From: Candidatus Multivorans sp.
GTDB lineage: Bacteria > Acidobacteriota > Thermoanaerobaculia > Multivoradales > Multivoraceae
NCBI GenBank assembly: GCA_965224025.1
Contig: OZ245033.1
Span: 160,001 to 224,000, forward strand
Direction: 5' to 3'
DNA length: 64,000 nucleotides
The notes beneath the pieces were generated by a model. That model was not told where the DNA came from. It was given only the letters and a program-made list of their open reading frames with translations, and did no database searches. This document shows, piece after piece, positions 21,605 through 31,893 of this stretch; the stretch's first letter is position 1; every line of letters starts with the position of its first letter. A program made the translations under genes and the position numbers.

Positions 21605-22276
21605 ATGAAGAACCGTCACCACCCGTGGACAGCCCTGGCGTTCGCACTGCTCATCGCCATCGTGCCCGCCGCCGCCATCGCGCAGGCGGATGACGACCAC
21701 GGCCACGACGAGCGATGGGAGGAACTCGGCCAACGCTGGCAGGAGTGGGGCGAGCGATTCGGCCGCAGCTTCGAGGAAGCCGACTGGGAGTCCCAGCACA
21801 AGAGCTGGGAGGAGTACGGCAAGCGCTGGGAGGTGTGGGGCGAACAGTTCGCCGCGTCCTTCGAGAGCGCTTTCAACGAAGAAGAGTGGGAAGCCTGGGC
21901 CGAGCAGTTCGAGGACATGGAGCACGAAGACGGCGAAGTCGACTGGGATCGCTTCGGCGAGTTCTGGGAGCAGTTCGGCGAGCGGTTCGGCAACTCCCTC
22001 GGCGAAGCGCTCGAAGGCGCTGACTGGGAGACCTTCGGTGAAGCCCTGGGCGCGCTTGGCGAGCAGATGGGCGAGCTGGCGGAGCTGATCGCGGCCAGCG
22101 TCGAGAACGCCGATTGGGATGGCTTCGCCGACCTCGTCGGCGAGACGGTGGACCAGGCGGTCGAGAACGCCGAGGAAGCTGTCGAGGCGGCCGAGGAAGC
22201 GGCCGAAGCAGCAGCAGACGCCGCCGAAGAAGCCGCCGAGCACGCCGCGGAGGCAGCCGAGGAGATCGACGCCTAA
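21605..22276 (+). CDS. Secreted, highly acidic Trp/Glu-rich repeat protein of unknown function
   Basis: AAGGAG SD; Sec signal peptide ending AIA-Q; repeated W-E-x-(F/W/L)-G-(E/Q) units; Ala/Glu tail. Confidence 0.75.
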   Translation: MKNRHHPWTALAFALLIAIVPAAAIAQADDDHGHDERWEELGQRWQEWGERFGRSFEEADWESQHKSWEEYGKRWEVWGEQFAASFESAFNEEEWEAWAEQFEDMEHEDGEVDWDRFGEFWEQFGERFGNSLGEALEGADWETFGEALGALGEQMGELAELIAASVENADWDGFADLVGETVDQAVENAEEAVEAAEEAAEAAADAAEEAAEHAAEAAEEIDA

Positions 22277-22335
22277 GGGCCACACGCAATGCCGTAGGCT
22301 ACGCACTCCGTTTCACCAGCCACGGAGTGCCCCAC

Positions 22336-23286
22336 ATGCCCGTCGACCCCCAGGTACAGGCCTTCCTCGAAGTTCAGGCGCGGGCCGCGATCGAAAACCA
22401 GGTTCCGCCCATCACGGAACAGACCGTGGCGATGGCCCGGGCCGGCTATCTCGCGGTCGCCGAGATGCTCGGCCAAGGGCCCGATGTCGACACCGAGGAC
22501 TGCGCCGTGCCCGGCCCGGCCGGCGACATCCCGGTCCGCATCTACAGGCCGAAGGACGCCGGCGCCGGCCTGCCCATCCTCGTCTACTACCACGGCGGCG
22601 GCTGGGTGATCGGCGATCTCGACACCCACGACTACGCGTGCCGCGAGCTCTGCGTAGGCGCCGTCTGCGTCGTCGTCGCGGTCGACTACCGGCTCGCCCC
22701 CGAAGCCCAGTTCCCGGCCGCGGTCGACGATTCCTGGGCCGCCCTCCAGTGGGTCGCGGACAACGCGGAAGCTCTCCGCGGCGACCCGAACCGGATCGCG
22801 GTCGGCGGCGACAGCGCCGGCGGCAGCCTCTCCGCCGTGATGAGCCTCCTCGCCCGCGACGCCGGCGGCCCGAACCTCGCCTTCCAACTCCTGATCTACC
22901 CGGCCGTGGACATGGAGTTCAGCCGCGCCTCGATCGACGAGAACGCGGACGGCTACGTCCTCACCAAGGACCACATGATCTGGTTCCGCGGCCACTACCT
23001 CCGCTCTGACGCCGACCGCGCCGACTTCCGCGCCTCGCCGCTCTTAGCCTCCGACCACAGCGGCCTGCCGCCCGCGCTCGTCATCACGGCCGAGTTCGAC
23101 CCGCTCCGTGACGAAGGCCGTGACTACGCCGAGACCCTCCAGGCCGGCGGCGTCCAGACCACGCTCTCGAACTACGAAGGCCAGGTCCACGTGTTCTTCC
23201 AGCTCTCCCCGATCCTCGACGGCGGCCGCAACGCGGTCGACGAGGCATGCGCCGCACTTCGAAAGGCGTTCGGCGACGCGTCATAG
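22336..23286 (+). CDS. Alpha/beta hydrolase, HSL-family esterase/lipase
   Basis: YHGGGWV, VDYRLAPE, GDSAGG, EFDPLRDEG, HVF. Confidence 0.92.
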   Translation: MPVDPQVQAFLEVQARAAIENQVPPITEQTVAMARAGYLAVAEMLGQGPDVDTEDCAVPGPAGDIPVRIYRPKDAGAGLPILVYYHGGGWVIGDLDTHDYACRELCVGAVCVVVAVDYRLAPEAQFPAAVDDSWAALQWVADNAEALRGDPNRIAVGGDSAGGSLSAVMSLLARDAGGPNLAFQLLIYPAVDMEFSRASIDENADGYVLTKDHMIWFRGHYLRSDADRADFRASPLLASDHSGLPPALVITAEFDPLRDEGRDYAETLQAGGVQTTLSNYEGQVHVFFQLSPILDGGRNAVDEACAALRKAFGDAS

Positions 23287-23373
23287 AAGTTGCCCCCGCA
23301 GGCCGTTACCGCCCGGCGGCGCGGTTGGAGCGGCTGCGCTCCAGAAGCCAGGCGCGCGGTAGGATCGCATGTA

Positions 23374-24960
23374 GTGAGCGTCCCCGCTATCCGGCCTACA
23401 GACGCCGCCGAGTCTCTCCAGACCGAACGGGAACTCGGCGCCGTGGCGGCGGAACTGGCCGGCACAAAGGGACCACTGGCAGCCAGGCCGCCGGAACACG
23501 GGGTCGTCGAGACCCTCCGAGACCAGATCCGAGCCGGTGGCGATCCTCTCGGCGAGGCTTTCTGCAGAATCCGAACCCCGCGGGAACGCCGCGACAAGGG
23601 AGCCACCTACACGCCGGCAGCGATCGTCGACAACATGCTCGCATGGACGGTGAAGCACAAGTCGCCGGCGCGCGTCGTCGATCCGGGAGCCGGATCCGGG
23701 CGCTTCATTCTCGCGGCGGGACATCGGTTCCCGGGTGCCGCCCTGGTCGCAGTCGAGACCGACCCGCTCGCGATTCTGATCCTCAGGGCCAACGCGGCGG
23801 TTCTGGGACTTTCCGATCGTTTGATGATCGAAGAGACCGACTACCGAGACTTGTCACTGCCGGCGATCGATGGACCGACACTATTCATCGGCAATCCGCC
23901 CTACGTTCGCCACCATCGGATCAACGCGAAGCGAAAGGACTGGTTCGTCAACATAGCCGCGAAGCACGGCCTTCGCGCGAGCAAGCTGGCCGGTCTCCAC
24001 ATCCACTTCTTCCTCAAGAGTCTGGAACTGGCCCAGCCCGGCGACTACGGCGCATTCATCACCGCGGCCGAGTGGCTGGACGTGAACTACGGCTCGGTGC
24101 TTCGCCATGCCCTCGCTGACGGGCTAGGCGGACTGGCCCTCCACCTCCTCTCGCCGACTGCCGAACCCTTCCCCGACGCGCTGACCTCGGCCGCCATCAC
24201 ATGCTGGGAAGCCGGCCATCACGGATCGTCGGTCGGGATACGCATGATCGAAGGTCCGGACCAGCTAGACGGCCTGCGATCGGGCCGCTCGGTGCCTTGG
24301 AGCACCCTCAGAAAGGCGCATCGGTGGTCAACAGTCATCAGACCCTGCAGCCGCAAACGCGCCGGCGCCATCGAGCTTGGTGAGCTCTGCCGCGTTCACC
24401 GCGGCCAGGTGACCGGCAACAACGGGGTGTGGGTCGCTGGGAAGTACGAGGGTGACTTGCCGCCCAGAGTCCTCTTTCCGGCTATCACACGCGCTCGAGA
24501 GCTGTTCTCGGCAGGCCCTGTTCTTGCTCACGCGGACCATCTGCGCCGCATCGTGGACCTGCCACGCGACCTCGACTGCCTTGAAGGTTCGGACCGCGAC
24601 CTGCTCGACGAGTTCCTGCGCTGGGCACAACAGCAAGGCGCCCACAAGTCCTACATCGCCCGCCACCGACGACCCTGGTGGACGGTCGGCCTTCGAGCGC
24701 CCGCGCCGGTTCTCTGCACCTACATGGCACGTCGTCCACCCGCTTTCGTGCGGAACCCATGCGGCGCCCGGCACATCAATGTCGCCCACGGGCTCTACCC
24801 CCGGCAAGAACTCTCCGAGGACCAGCTTGCGGCGCTCACCGAATGGTTGAACGGCCACGTCGGCACCGACCAAGGTCGCACCTACGCCGAAGGCCTGACG
24901 AAGTTCGAGCCCAAGGAAGTCGAGCGGCTCCTGATCCCAAGGCTTGAAGACCTCGGATGA
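23374..24960 (+). CDS. N6-adenine DNA methyltransferase (gamma class), partner of a XamI-like endonuclease
   Basis: GATYTP, VDPGAGSGRF, IGNPPYVRHH, GRTYAEGLTKFEPKEVE; GTG 23374 preceded by a TAGGAT -10-like box (alternative start 23290). Confidence 0.88.
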   Translation: MSVPAIRPTDAAESLQTERELGAVAAELAGTKGPLAARPPEHGVVETLRDQIRAGGDPLGEAFCRIRTPRERRDKGATYTPAAIVDNMLAWTVKHKSPARVVDPGAGSGRFILAAGHRFPGAALVAVETDPLAILILRANAAVLGLSDRLMIEETDYRDLSLPAIDGPTLFIGNPPYVRHHRINAKRKDWFVNIAAKHGLRASKLAGLHIHFFLKSLELAQPGDYGAFITAAEWLDVNYGSVLRHALADGLGGLALHLLSPTAEPFPDALTSAAITCWEAGHHGSSVGIRMIEGPDQLDGLRSGRSVPWSTLRKAHRWSTVIRPCSRKRAGAIELGELCRVHRGQVTGNNGVWVAGKYEGDLPPRVLFPAITRARELFSAGPVLAHADHLRRIVDLPRDLDCLEGSDRDLLDEFLRWAQQQGAHKSYIARHRRPWWTVGLRAPAPVLCTYMARRPPAFVRNPCGARHINVAHGLYPRQELSEDQLAALTEWLNGHVGTDQGRTYAEGLTKFEPKEVERLLIPRLEDLG

Positions 24961-25883
24961 TCGAACCGAGGCGTTGGACCCTCGCCGAGCTTGAACGAAG
25001 CGCGGAAGAGGCCACGTCCGTGTTTCGCGAAGGACGCCTCAAGGAGTCCCTGAACCAATACTCCAACTTCTTCGAACACTTCTCGAGCGTCTTCCGCGAA
25101 CTCATCGACCGCCTGCCGGCCCTTGCGCGTGCCGAGGACTCCGCGGACACTGTCATCGAGATCCTCAGCGAGGACGATGCGCGAACCGCTCTCCGCTATC
25201 TGGCGGCGCCGCCCGTGTCCGACGACGACCTCAAAACTCTCGCCGAGACCAAGCTCTCCGCCTCCGCCCTCCGAAGCACACCCGAGAACGCCCACCGCAT
25301 AGCCGCCCTCGTCTTCCATCTCCTCGATCCCCACCGCTTTCCCTGGATCACCGAGAGCCGCCCACCGACGAGCGATGAACTCGAACGAGCCGTCATCGCC
25401 TCCGCCGCTCTCGTAGCGGCACAGAAGGTGTCCACCTCCCGCCGGAGCGCGAGCAAGGTCCAAGAAGATGCGGTCAAGGAGGTGCTCCGCTCCTGCGGCT
25501 TCATCCAAGACGCTTCCCGGCCCGACATCGAGACTCTCGTGGATGCCCCGGCGCCGAACCACTTCCGAGGCGAGAGCAAACTAGGCCGAACGAAGGCCGA
25601 CATCGTGGCCCGTCTGGCCGATCAGCGCCTCTTGGCGATCGAATGCAAGGTGTCGAACAGCGCCGTCAACTCGTACAAGCGCGTGAACCACGAGGCCGTC
25701 GGCAAGGCACGATCGTGGCTGTCCGACTTCGGAAGACGCCAGATCGTCCCTGCGGCCGTCCTCAGCGGCGTGTTCAAGCCCGCTAACCTCGCAACAGCTC
25801 AAGACGAGGGTCTCGCTCTCTTCTGGGCCTTTCGGCTCGACGACTTGGCAGCCTTCGTTCAGACCACCAGCGGCGAGCGTTAG
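24957..25883 (+). CDS. XamI-family restriction endonuclease
   Basis: LRYLAAPPVSDDDLKTL, LDPHRFPW, KADIVARL..RLLAIECKVSNSAVNSYKR, PAAVLSGVF; ATGA-coupled to the MTase. Confidence 0.85.
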   Translation: MIEPRRWTLAELERSAEEATSVFREGRLKESLNQYSNFFEHFSSVFRELIDRLPALARAEDSADTVIEILSEDDARTALRYLAAPPVSDDDLKTLAETKLSASALRSTPENAHRIAALVFHLLDPHRFPWITESRPPTSDELERAVIASAALVAAQKVSTSRRSASKVQEDAVKEVLRSCGFIQDASRPDIETLVDAPAPNHFRGESKLGRTKADIVARLADQRLLAIECKVSNSAVNSYKRVNHEAVGKARSWLSDFGRRQIVPAAVLSGVFKPANLATAQDEGLALFWAFRLDDLAAFVQTTSGER

Positions 25884-25966
25884 GACATCCAGACCGCGGA
25901 CTGCTTCTTCGGCCGTTCAGTGGCGAACGCCTCCTCCACTTCGTCTGGACATCACCGCAGTGCAGC

Positions 25967-26640
25967 TCACGAGACAATCCACCCTGTCATCTCAGGGCGC
26001 CGAAACGGCCGCCCGCACTCAGTGGCCTCCACCATGGCTACGGAATTCCCAATCACGAATTCGCGGGAGGCCTCTGCGATCCAGACGTTCAAGTCCTTCA
26101 CCATATCTGCACACACTGGTTTCATCGCGCACCCAACAACTTTGGGCAACAACAAGAAGGCGCTGCGGGGCGAAAGCGGATAGCAAGGACAGTGACGTGG
26201 CCCCGTCTCACTTCTTCGACAATAGAGTCGGCCCGGCTCTCGACCTGACTGAAATACGCCTCCCCCACGCTCTTGGCGGCACGCCGCATCCTCTCCTTCG
26301 TGCACTCAGATGTAAGCGGGAGCCCATCTACACACGACTCGGTGCGAGAGAACGAAACGTACGCTTGCAAGATGCTCTTCGCATGGGCTCTCACGTTCGG
26401 ATTCGCGAACGACAGTTCCACATACTGGCCGAGAGAGTCTATGTCACGCTCGTTCAGCAGGGGCATCCGATAGAAATCCCTCTTCGCGAGAACGTTCGCC
26501 GGATTGGTGGGCTGAGGGTTCACGACGCCATTCCGTGAGAAGAACACCTGGCCGTTCGTATTCCCCCACTTCTCCAGATAGGCCCTCGGTACATAGTGGT
26601 GCCTCCTGGCGATCGACTGCCGAGACTTGGGTTTCTTCAT
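25967..26640 (-). pseudogene. DUF4238-like protein with internal deletion and frameshift
   Basis: N-terminal RRHHYVPRAYLEKW...KRDFY; after ~26186 a second frame gives the typical tail YPLSPRSAFLL...VKDLNVWIAEASREFVI. Confidence 0.65.
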
Positions 26641-26759
26641 GCTTGGTGCCACCGTTCTCGGGTCGAGTTCATACGGTCGCGTACATTACTGGAACTAGAA
26701 GGAGCGACGGCGTCCATCGTGGTCGGGCTTGGCGAGTGCCACCATCGCCGCTGGAGCGC

Positions 26760-29700
26760 CTACACCGCCGGCAGCAGACGGCTGACGCGGTAGCCGTCGG
26801 AGTCCTTCTCGAAGCCGCAGGCGTCGAGGGTCGGAGCCCAGCGCGATTCAGGGGCAGGCCGGCCGTCGATCCGCAGGAGGCGGATCGACCGGCGCTTGCG
26901 CCGGCCGGCAAGGTCCCGCAGGGCGGACCAGGCTTCCCGTGGATCGGGGTCGTCGCCGAGCGCCGAGAACGTCCAGACGCCCTGACCGCCGGCTTCGAGA
27001 TACAGGCACGGCGTGCCGGCGCGCAGCACGAGCCAGGCGCGGGGAATGCGCCGGGGACCGGAACGGGCCGACTCGACTTCGCTCCCGAGCTGGGGCCACG
27101 GCAACACCGCGCCCCAGGGATTGGCCGGATCGACCGCGGCCAGGCTCTCGATCGGCCCTCGCCTTCCCGGCGTCCGGCGCGCCCGCCGCAGGCGCTCGAC
27201 CGCGACCGGCAGGGCGAACTGGCGGCCAGCCAGACCGTGAACGAAGTAGCCGCGGCGCAGATGGCCGACCTCCTCCATCTCGCGCAGCACCGGGTAGAGC
27301 GCCTCGAACCCGCCAGGCACGTTCTCGGCACGGGCCGTCTCGGCCGCGACGACGCCGTAGCGGTCGAGCAGAAGCGTGGCCGTCGCGTGAGCCCACTCGG
27401 TGTCGCTGACCGCGGCGTCCGGCGCCGCGAGACCGGCGACCAGGGACCAGCGTCCGCCGGCCAGGGTCGCGGCGCGGCTGCGCCGGACGCCGGCGGGTGG
27501 CCGGCCCCGTGCCGGTCGACGAGGCCAGCCTCGCGGGATTCCCCGAGGCTGAGGTCCGGCGGAAGGTGTCCTGCGGCGCTTGTCCAGCGACTCGAGCGGT
27601 AGAAACGTGTCGTTCGTGATCCGGCCCGCCCACACGAGGTCCCAGATCGCCGCCTCGACTTCCGTTTCGCCCCAGTCGCCGGCACCGACCACGCCGCGCA
27701 CGAGGTCGAAAGTGAAGCAGGCGCCGCGGGTCTCGAGCCGCTGGAGGATCGCCCGGTGCAAACCGCCCGTCCACTGTGCCTCCGGTCCGGCCGCCTGGCC
27801 CCCATCTCCGGCGTCCGCGGCCTCGGAGGCCTGCTCTGCCAGGCCGTGGGCCAGAACGCCGAAGCGATCGCGTCCGTAGACGCCCACCCGGCCGTCCCGC
27901 GGTCCGAGCCGCCCGCGGCCCACCCACAGCAAGTCGCCCGCCATCGCCAGCCGGTCCAGCATCTCCACCCGGAAGCCAGGAATCCGGGCCGGCAGGATGT
28001 GATCGACGAGAGTCCGCCAGGACAGCGGAAGGCCTTCGAGCTGAGACACCGTTTCCTCGAGCCGTCCGAGCGTCCGGTCCGGCACCGTGGAAGCCGCCGG
28101 CGCGGCCCGGGCACGGCTCCGCGGCGCCGGCGGGCTGGCCGACGCGACCCCCTGATCCACGCCCTGCCACCGCCCGAGAAAGCGCGCCAGCGCCGCCCCG
28201 TCGACCGGCTCCGCTTCCCGGCGCAGCTTGGCCAGGGTGCGGCGCTTGATCTGCCGGAGCACCTCCCGGTCGCACCATTCGAACCCGTCGACGCCCGACC
28301 GGAATTCACCGCGAACGAGCGAACCGGCATCTTCGAGCGCCTCGAGCAAGGGTTCGACCGCTCCCTGCGGCAGACCGAAGCGGCCGGCGGCGCCGCCGCT
28401 CGCGAACGGTCCCCGGCTGCGCGCGAAGCGCCCGACCAGCGCCTTGAGCGGCGCCGGCCGGGTCGCCAGCAAATCGCGCGGCAGGCCTTCGGGCAGGTCC
28501 GCGTCGAGGCCGTCGCGGTAGAGCGCCGCATCCTCGACCGCCACCCAGAACCGCGTGCCATCGCCTGACTCGACCTCGACCGCGCGTTTCTGGCGTTCCA
28601 GTTCGGACAGCCAGTCGTCCGCGTCGGCCGGCGCGCGTGCGCCGACTTCAGCCCTCGTCAGCCCGCCGGTACTCCGCAGCAGGTCGTAGAGATCGTCCTC
28701 GTGCCGCGGACCCCGGCCCGTCGCCAGCCCCTGCAGTTCCTCGCCTACGGCCTGGATCACGTCCTCGTCCAGCAACTCCTTCAGACTGGACGTGCCGAGC
28801 AGCTCGCGCAGCAGTTCGCGGTCCAGCGTCAGCGCCTGCGCGCGGCGCTCCGCCGCCGGCGCGTCGTCGTCGTAGAGAAACCGCTCCTCGTAGGCGAAGA
28901 CCAGGGAGCGGGCGAACGGCGACGGCCCCGGGGTCTCCACGTCGTCGACCCGGATCGCGCCGTCTTCGATGTTCCTCATCAGGTCCACGAGGCCGGACAG
29001 GTCGAAGAGATCGCTCATGCACTCGCGGTAGGTCTCGAGCAGCACCGGAAAGTCCGGGTAGCGGCGCGCCACGGAAAGCAGGTTCTTCGAGCGTTGGCGC
29101 TGCTGCCAGAGGGGCGTTCGCCGACCCGGCCGGTTGCGTGGCAGAAGCAGGGCGCGGGCGGCGTTCTCCCGAAAGCGGCTCGCGAACATCGGCGTCGACG
29201 CGACCTGGTCCGTGACCAGATCCTCGACCTCGTCCGGATCGAGCAGGAACGTCCGCGCCGGCGGCAGGCTGTCCACGTCGGCGAACCGGAGGGCTATGCC
29301 GTCGTCCGTCCAGTGCGTCTGGACCTGGACGCCGGTGCGCTCGCTGAAGCGGCGCTCCAGGGCCATCGCCCAGGGGGCGTGGATGCGAGAGCCGAAGGGG
29401 GTCAGGATGCACACCCTCCAGTCGCCGATCTCGTCCCGGAACCGCTCGATTGTCAACGCGCGGTCGGTGGGCAGGGTGCCCGTCTGGTCGCGCTGTTCGT
29501 CGACGTAGGCGAAGAGGTTCGCCGCGGCGTAGCGGTCTAGCGGAGCCTCCTCGGCCAGGAAGCGCCGGGCGTCGTCGCGGTCGCGGCGGCCGAGTTCGCG
29601 CAGGAACGCGCCGAGGGCCTCGCCGAGTTCCACCGGCCGGCCCGGACCGTCGCCGTGCCAGAAGGGCATGCGGCCCGGTTCGCCGGGAGCCGGCCGCACG

Positions 29701-31457
29701 ATGACCCGGTCCCGGGTGATCTCGGTCACCCGCCAGGCAGCGGCGCCGAGCAGGAACGTGTCGCCGGCGCGGGACTCGTAGACCATCTCCTCGTCGAGCT
29801 CGCCCAACCGTGGCCCGTCGGGACCGAGGTGGACGGTGAACAGCCCGCGGTCGGGAATCGTGCCGGCGTTCATCCGTACGAGCAGGGCGGCACCGCGGCG
29901 AGCGGTCAGCACTCCGCGACCGTGATCCCAGGAGAGTCGCGGGCGCAGGTCGGCGAACTCCTCCGAGGGATAGCGGCCGACCAGCATGTGGAGCACCGTG
30001 GTCAGCACGCCGCGGGTCAGGCCGCGGTATGGCCGCGCGCGCCGGGCCACGTTCAGCAGGTCCTCGATCGTCCGCTCCCGGTCGCAGCACATCGCGACGA
30101 TCTGCTGCGCCAGCACGTCGAGCGGGTTCTCCGGCAGCCGCATGGACTCGATGGAACCCCGCTGCATCTGGATCGCGGTGACCGTGCACTCCAGCAGATC
30201 GCCCCGGAACTTGGGGAACATCAGGCCGCGGCTGCGCTCGCCGACCGCGTGGCCGGCACGGCCGACGCGCTGCAGACCGCGGACGGCGGAACCGGGCGCC
30301 TCGACCAGCAGCACCAGATCGACGCTGCCCATGTCGATCCCGAGCTCCAGCGAGCTCGTAGCGACGATGCAGCGCAGGCGCCCCGCCTTGAGGGACTCCT
30401 CGATCTCCCGCCGCTGCTCGTGGGAGATGCTGCCGTGGTGGGCCCGGACCAGCGGTCCCATCTCCGCGTCCTCCGCGGCGCCGTCCATGTCGCCGCCGTC
30501 GCCGACCGCCAGGTCGTTCAGCCGCTGGGCGAGCCGCTCGCACAGGGAACGGCTGTTGACGAAGACGATCGTCGACCGGTGGTTGCTGACCGCCTCCAGG
30601 ATGCGCGGGTACACCGAGGGCCACAAACCGGCCGTCTCTGACCCGGGCGGCGGTTCCTCACCGTCTCCGAGTGCCTCCGCCGCGGGCGGCGCCTCCATGT
30701 CCGCCACGGGCACGACGACCTCGATATCGATGTGCGGCGGCTCGGAAGCATCCACGACCTCCACCGGCCGGTCGCCGCCGAGGAACTCGGCCGCCAGCGC
30801 CATCGGCCGCACGGTCGCCGAAAGGCCGATCCGTTGCGGCTCCCGGTCACCCGTCAACTCGGCCAGACGCTCCAGCGACAGGGCGAGATGAGCGCCGCGC
30901 TTGGTCGCCGCCATCGCATGGACCTCGTCGACGATCACGGTCTCGACCGTGCGCAGGTTCGCCGCCGCCCGTGACCCCAGGATGAGAAACAGCGACTCCG
31001 GCGTGGTGACCAGGATCTCGCCCGGCCGCCGCAGTTGACGGCGGCGCTCGTGGGGCGTCGTGTCGCCGGTCCGCACGTCGACGGTGACTGGACGCACCGG
31101 CCGCCCGAGCTTCCGAGCCGCGCGACGAACACCGGCCAGCGGCGCGTCGAGATTGCGCTCGATGTCGTAGACCAGGGCCTTCAGCGGCGAGACGTAGAGC
31201 ACACGGACGCCCGACTCAGGCGCCGTAGCGTCGGCATCCTCAGCCGCCGCGGCGGCGCCATTGGTCTGGAACGCGCCGAAACTGAGGCGGTCGATCGCCC
31301 ACAGGAACGCCGCCAGCGTCTTGCCGCTGCCGGTCGGTGCAACGAGCAGGGCGTTCCTGCCCCGGGTGAGCACGGGCCAGCCCAACTCCTGCACCCGGGT
31401 CGGCCCCGGGAACGTGTCGTCGAACCACCGGCGTACCGGCTGGGAGAACGAGTCCAT
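26760..31457 (-). CDS. lhr: Lhr-family SF2 helicase, long form with C-terminal extension
   Basis: APTGSGKT, SPLKAL, TTPESL, DEVH, SATV, HHGS, TSSLELGIDMG, QRVGRAGH; C-terminal RRGYFV.GL.G.QFA and AVDPANPWG. Confidence 0.93.
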   Translation of the reverse strand: MDSFSQPVRRWFDDTFPGPTRVQELGWPVLTRGRNALLVAPTGSGKTLAAFLWAIDRLSFGAFQTNGAAAAAEDADATAPESGVRVLYVSPLKALVYDIERNLDAPLAGVRRAARKLGRPVRPVTVDVRTGDTTPHERRRQLRRPGEILVTTPESLFLILGSRAAANLRTVETVIVDEVHAMAATKRGAHLALSLERLAELTGDREPQRIGLSATVRPMALAAEFLGGDRPVEVVDASEPPHIDIEVVVPVADMEAPPAAEALGDGEEPPPGSETAGLWPSVYPRILEAVSNHRSTIVFVNSRSLCERLAQRLNDLAVGDGGDMDGAAEDAEMGPLVRAHHGSISHEQRREIEESLKAGRLRCIVATSSLELGIDMGSVDLVLLVEAPGSAVRGLQRVGRAGHAVGERSRGLMFPKFRGDLLECTVTAIQMQRGSIESMRLPENPLDVLAQQIVAMCCDRERTIEDLLNVARRARPYRGLTRGVLTTVLHMLVGRYPSEEFADLRPRLSWDHGRGVLTARRGAALLVRMNAGTIPDRGLFTVHLGPDGPRLGELDEEMVYESRAGDTFLLGAAAWRVTEITRDRVIVRPAPGEPGRMPFWHGDGPGRPVELGEALGAFLRELGRRDRDDARRFLAEEAPLDRYAAANLFAYVDEQRDQTGTLPTDRALTIERFRDEIGDWRVCILTPFGSRIHAPWAMALERRFSERTGVQVQTHWTDDGIALRFADVDSLPPARTFLLDPDEVEDLVTDQVASTPMFASRFRENAARALLLPRNRPGRRTPLWQQRQRSKNLLSVARRYPDFPVLLETYRECMSDLFDLSGLVDLMRNIEDGAIRVDDVETPGPSPFARSLVFAYEERFLYDDDAPAAERRAQALTLDRELLRELLGTSSLKELLDEDVIQAVGEELQGLATGRGPRHEDDLYDLLRSTGGLTRAEVGARAPADADDWLSELERQKRAVEVESGDGTRFWVAVEDAALYRDGLDADLPEGLPRDLLATRPAPLKALVGRFARSRGPFASGGAAGRFGLPQGAVEPLLEALEDAGSLVRGEFRSGVDGFEWCDREVLRQIKRRTLAKLRREAEPVDGAALARFLGRWQGVDQGVASASPPAPRSRARAAPAASTVPDRTLGRLEETVSQLEGLPLSWRTLVDHILPARIPGFRVEMLDRLAMAGDLLWVGRGRLGPRDGRVGVYGRDRFGVLAHGLAEQASEAADAGDGGQAAGPEAQWTGGLHRAILQRLETRGACFTFDLVRGVVGAGDWGETEVEAAIWDLVWAGRITNDTFLPLESLDKRRRTPSAGPQPRGIPRGWPRRPARGRPPAGVRRSRAATLAGGRWSLVAGLAAPDAAVSDTEWAHATATLLLDRYGVVAAETARAENVPGGFEALYPVLREMEEVGHLRRGYFVHGLAGRQFALPVAVERLRRARRTPGRRGPIESLAAVDPANPWGAVLPWPQLGSEVESARSGPRRIPRAWLVLRAGTPCLYLEAGGQGVWTFSALGDDPDPREAWSALRDLAGRRKRRSIRLLRIDGRPAPESRWAPTLDACGFEKDSDGYRVSRLLPAV

Positions 31458-31580
31458 GAGGCATCCTACGCACGGATCGGGATGTCGATCCCGCCGGCAC
31501 CCGACTGTTACTCTCGACCACCTTCAAAGCAGCCCGAAGCCACGTTCAGAGCAACCGAAACGTCGACGATCGAGATCGGA

Positions 31581-31886
31581 TTGGCCCACCACGACCACAG
31601 GAAGCACGGCGGCAAGAGGTACTGGCTCGACAGCAAGCGAAACGTCGCCAAGGTCTTCTACGCGCTGATCGCCATCGACGCTCTGTGGCTGGCGTCGGAC
31701 TTCTTCTACGACAAGCACGCCGAGTTCGAGGCGCTCGGCGGCTGGGCGGACGGCGGGATCGGGTTCTACCCGGTCTACGGCTTCGTCGGCGCCTTCCTTC
31801 TGGTGCTGGCGGCCAAGCAGATGCGTCGGGTCCTGATGCGGCCCGAGGACTACTACGACCGCGAAGAGCGGTCCGGGAGCTCCTGA
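31581..31886 (+). CDS. Small membrane protein associated with Mrp-type antiporter genes (start uncertain)
   Basis: Two hydrophobic segments; FYPVYGFVG..LVLAAK.MRRVLMRPEDYY; ends 7 nt before the mrpD-like gene. Confidence 0.65.
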   Translation: MAHHDHRKHGGKRYWLDSKRNVAKVFYALIAIDALWLASDFFYDKHAEFEALGGWADGGIGFYPVYGFVGAFLLVLAAKQMRRVLMRPEDYYDREERSGSS

Positions 31887-31893
31887 GTTTCCG

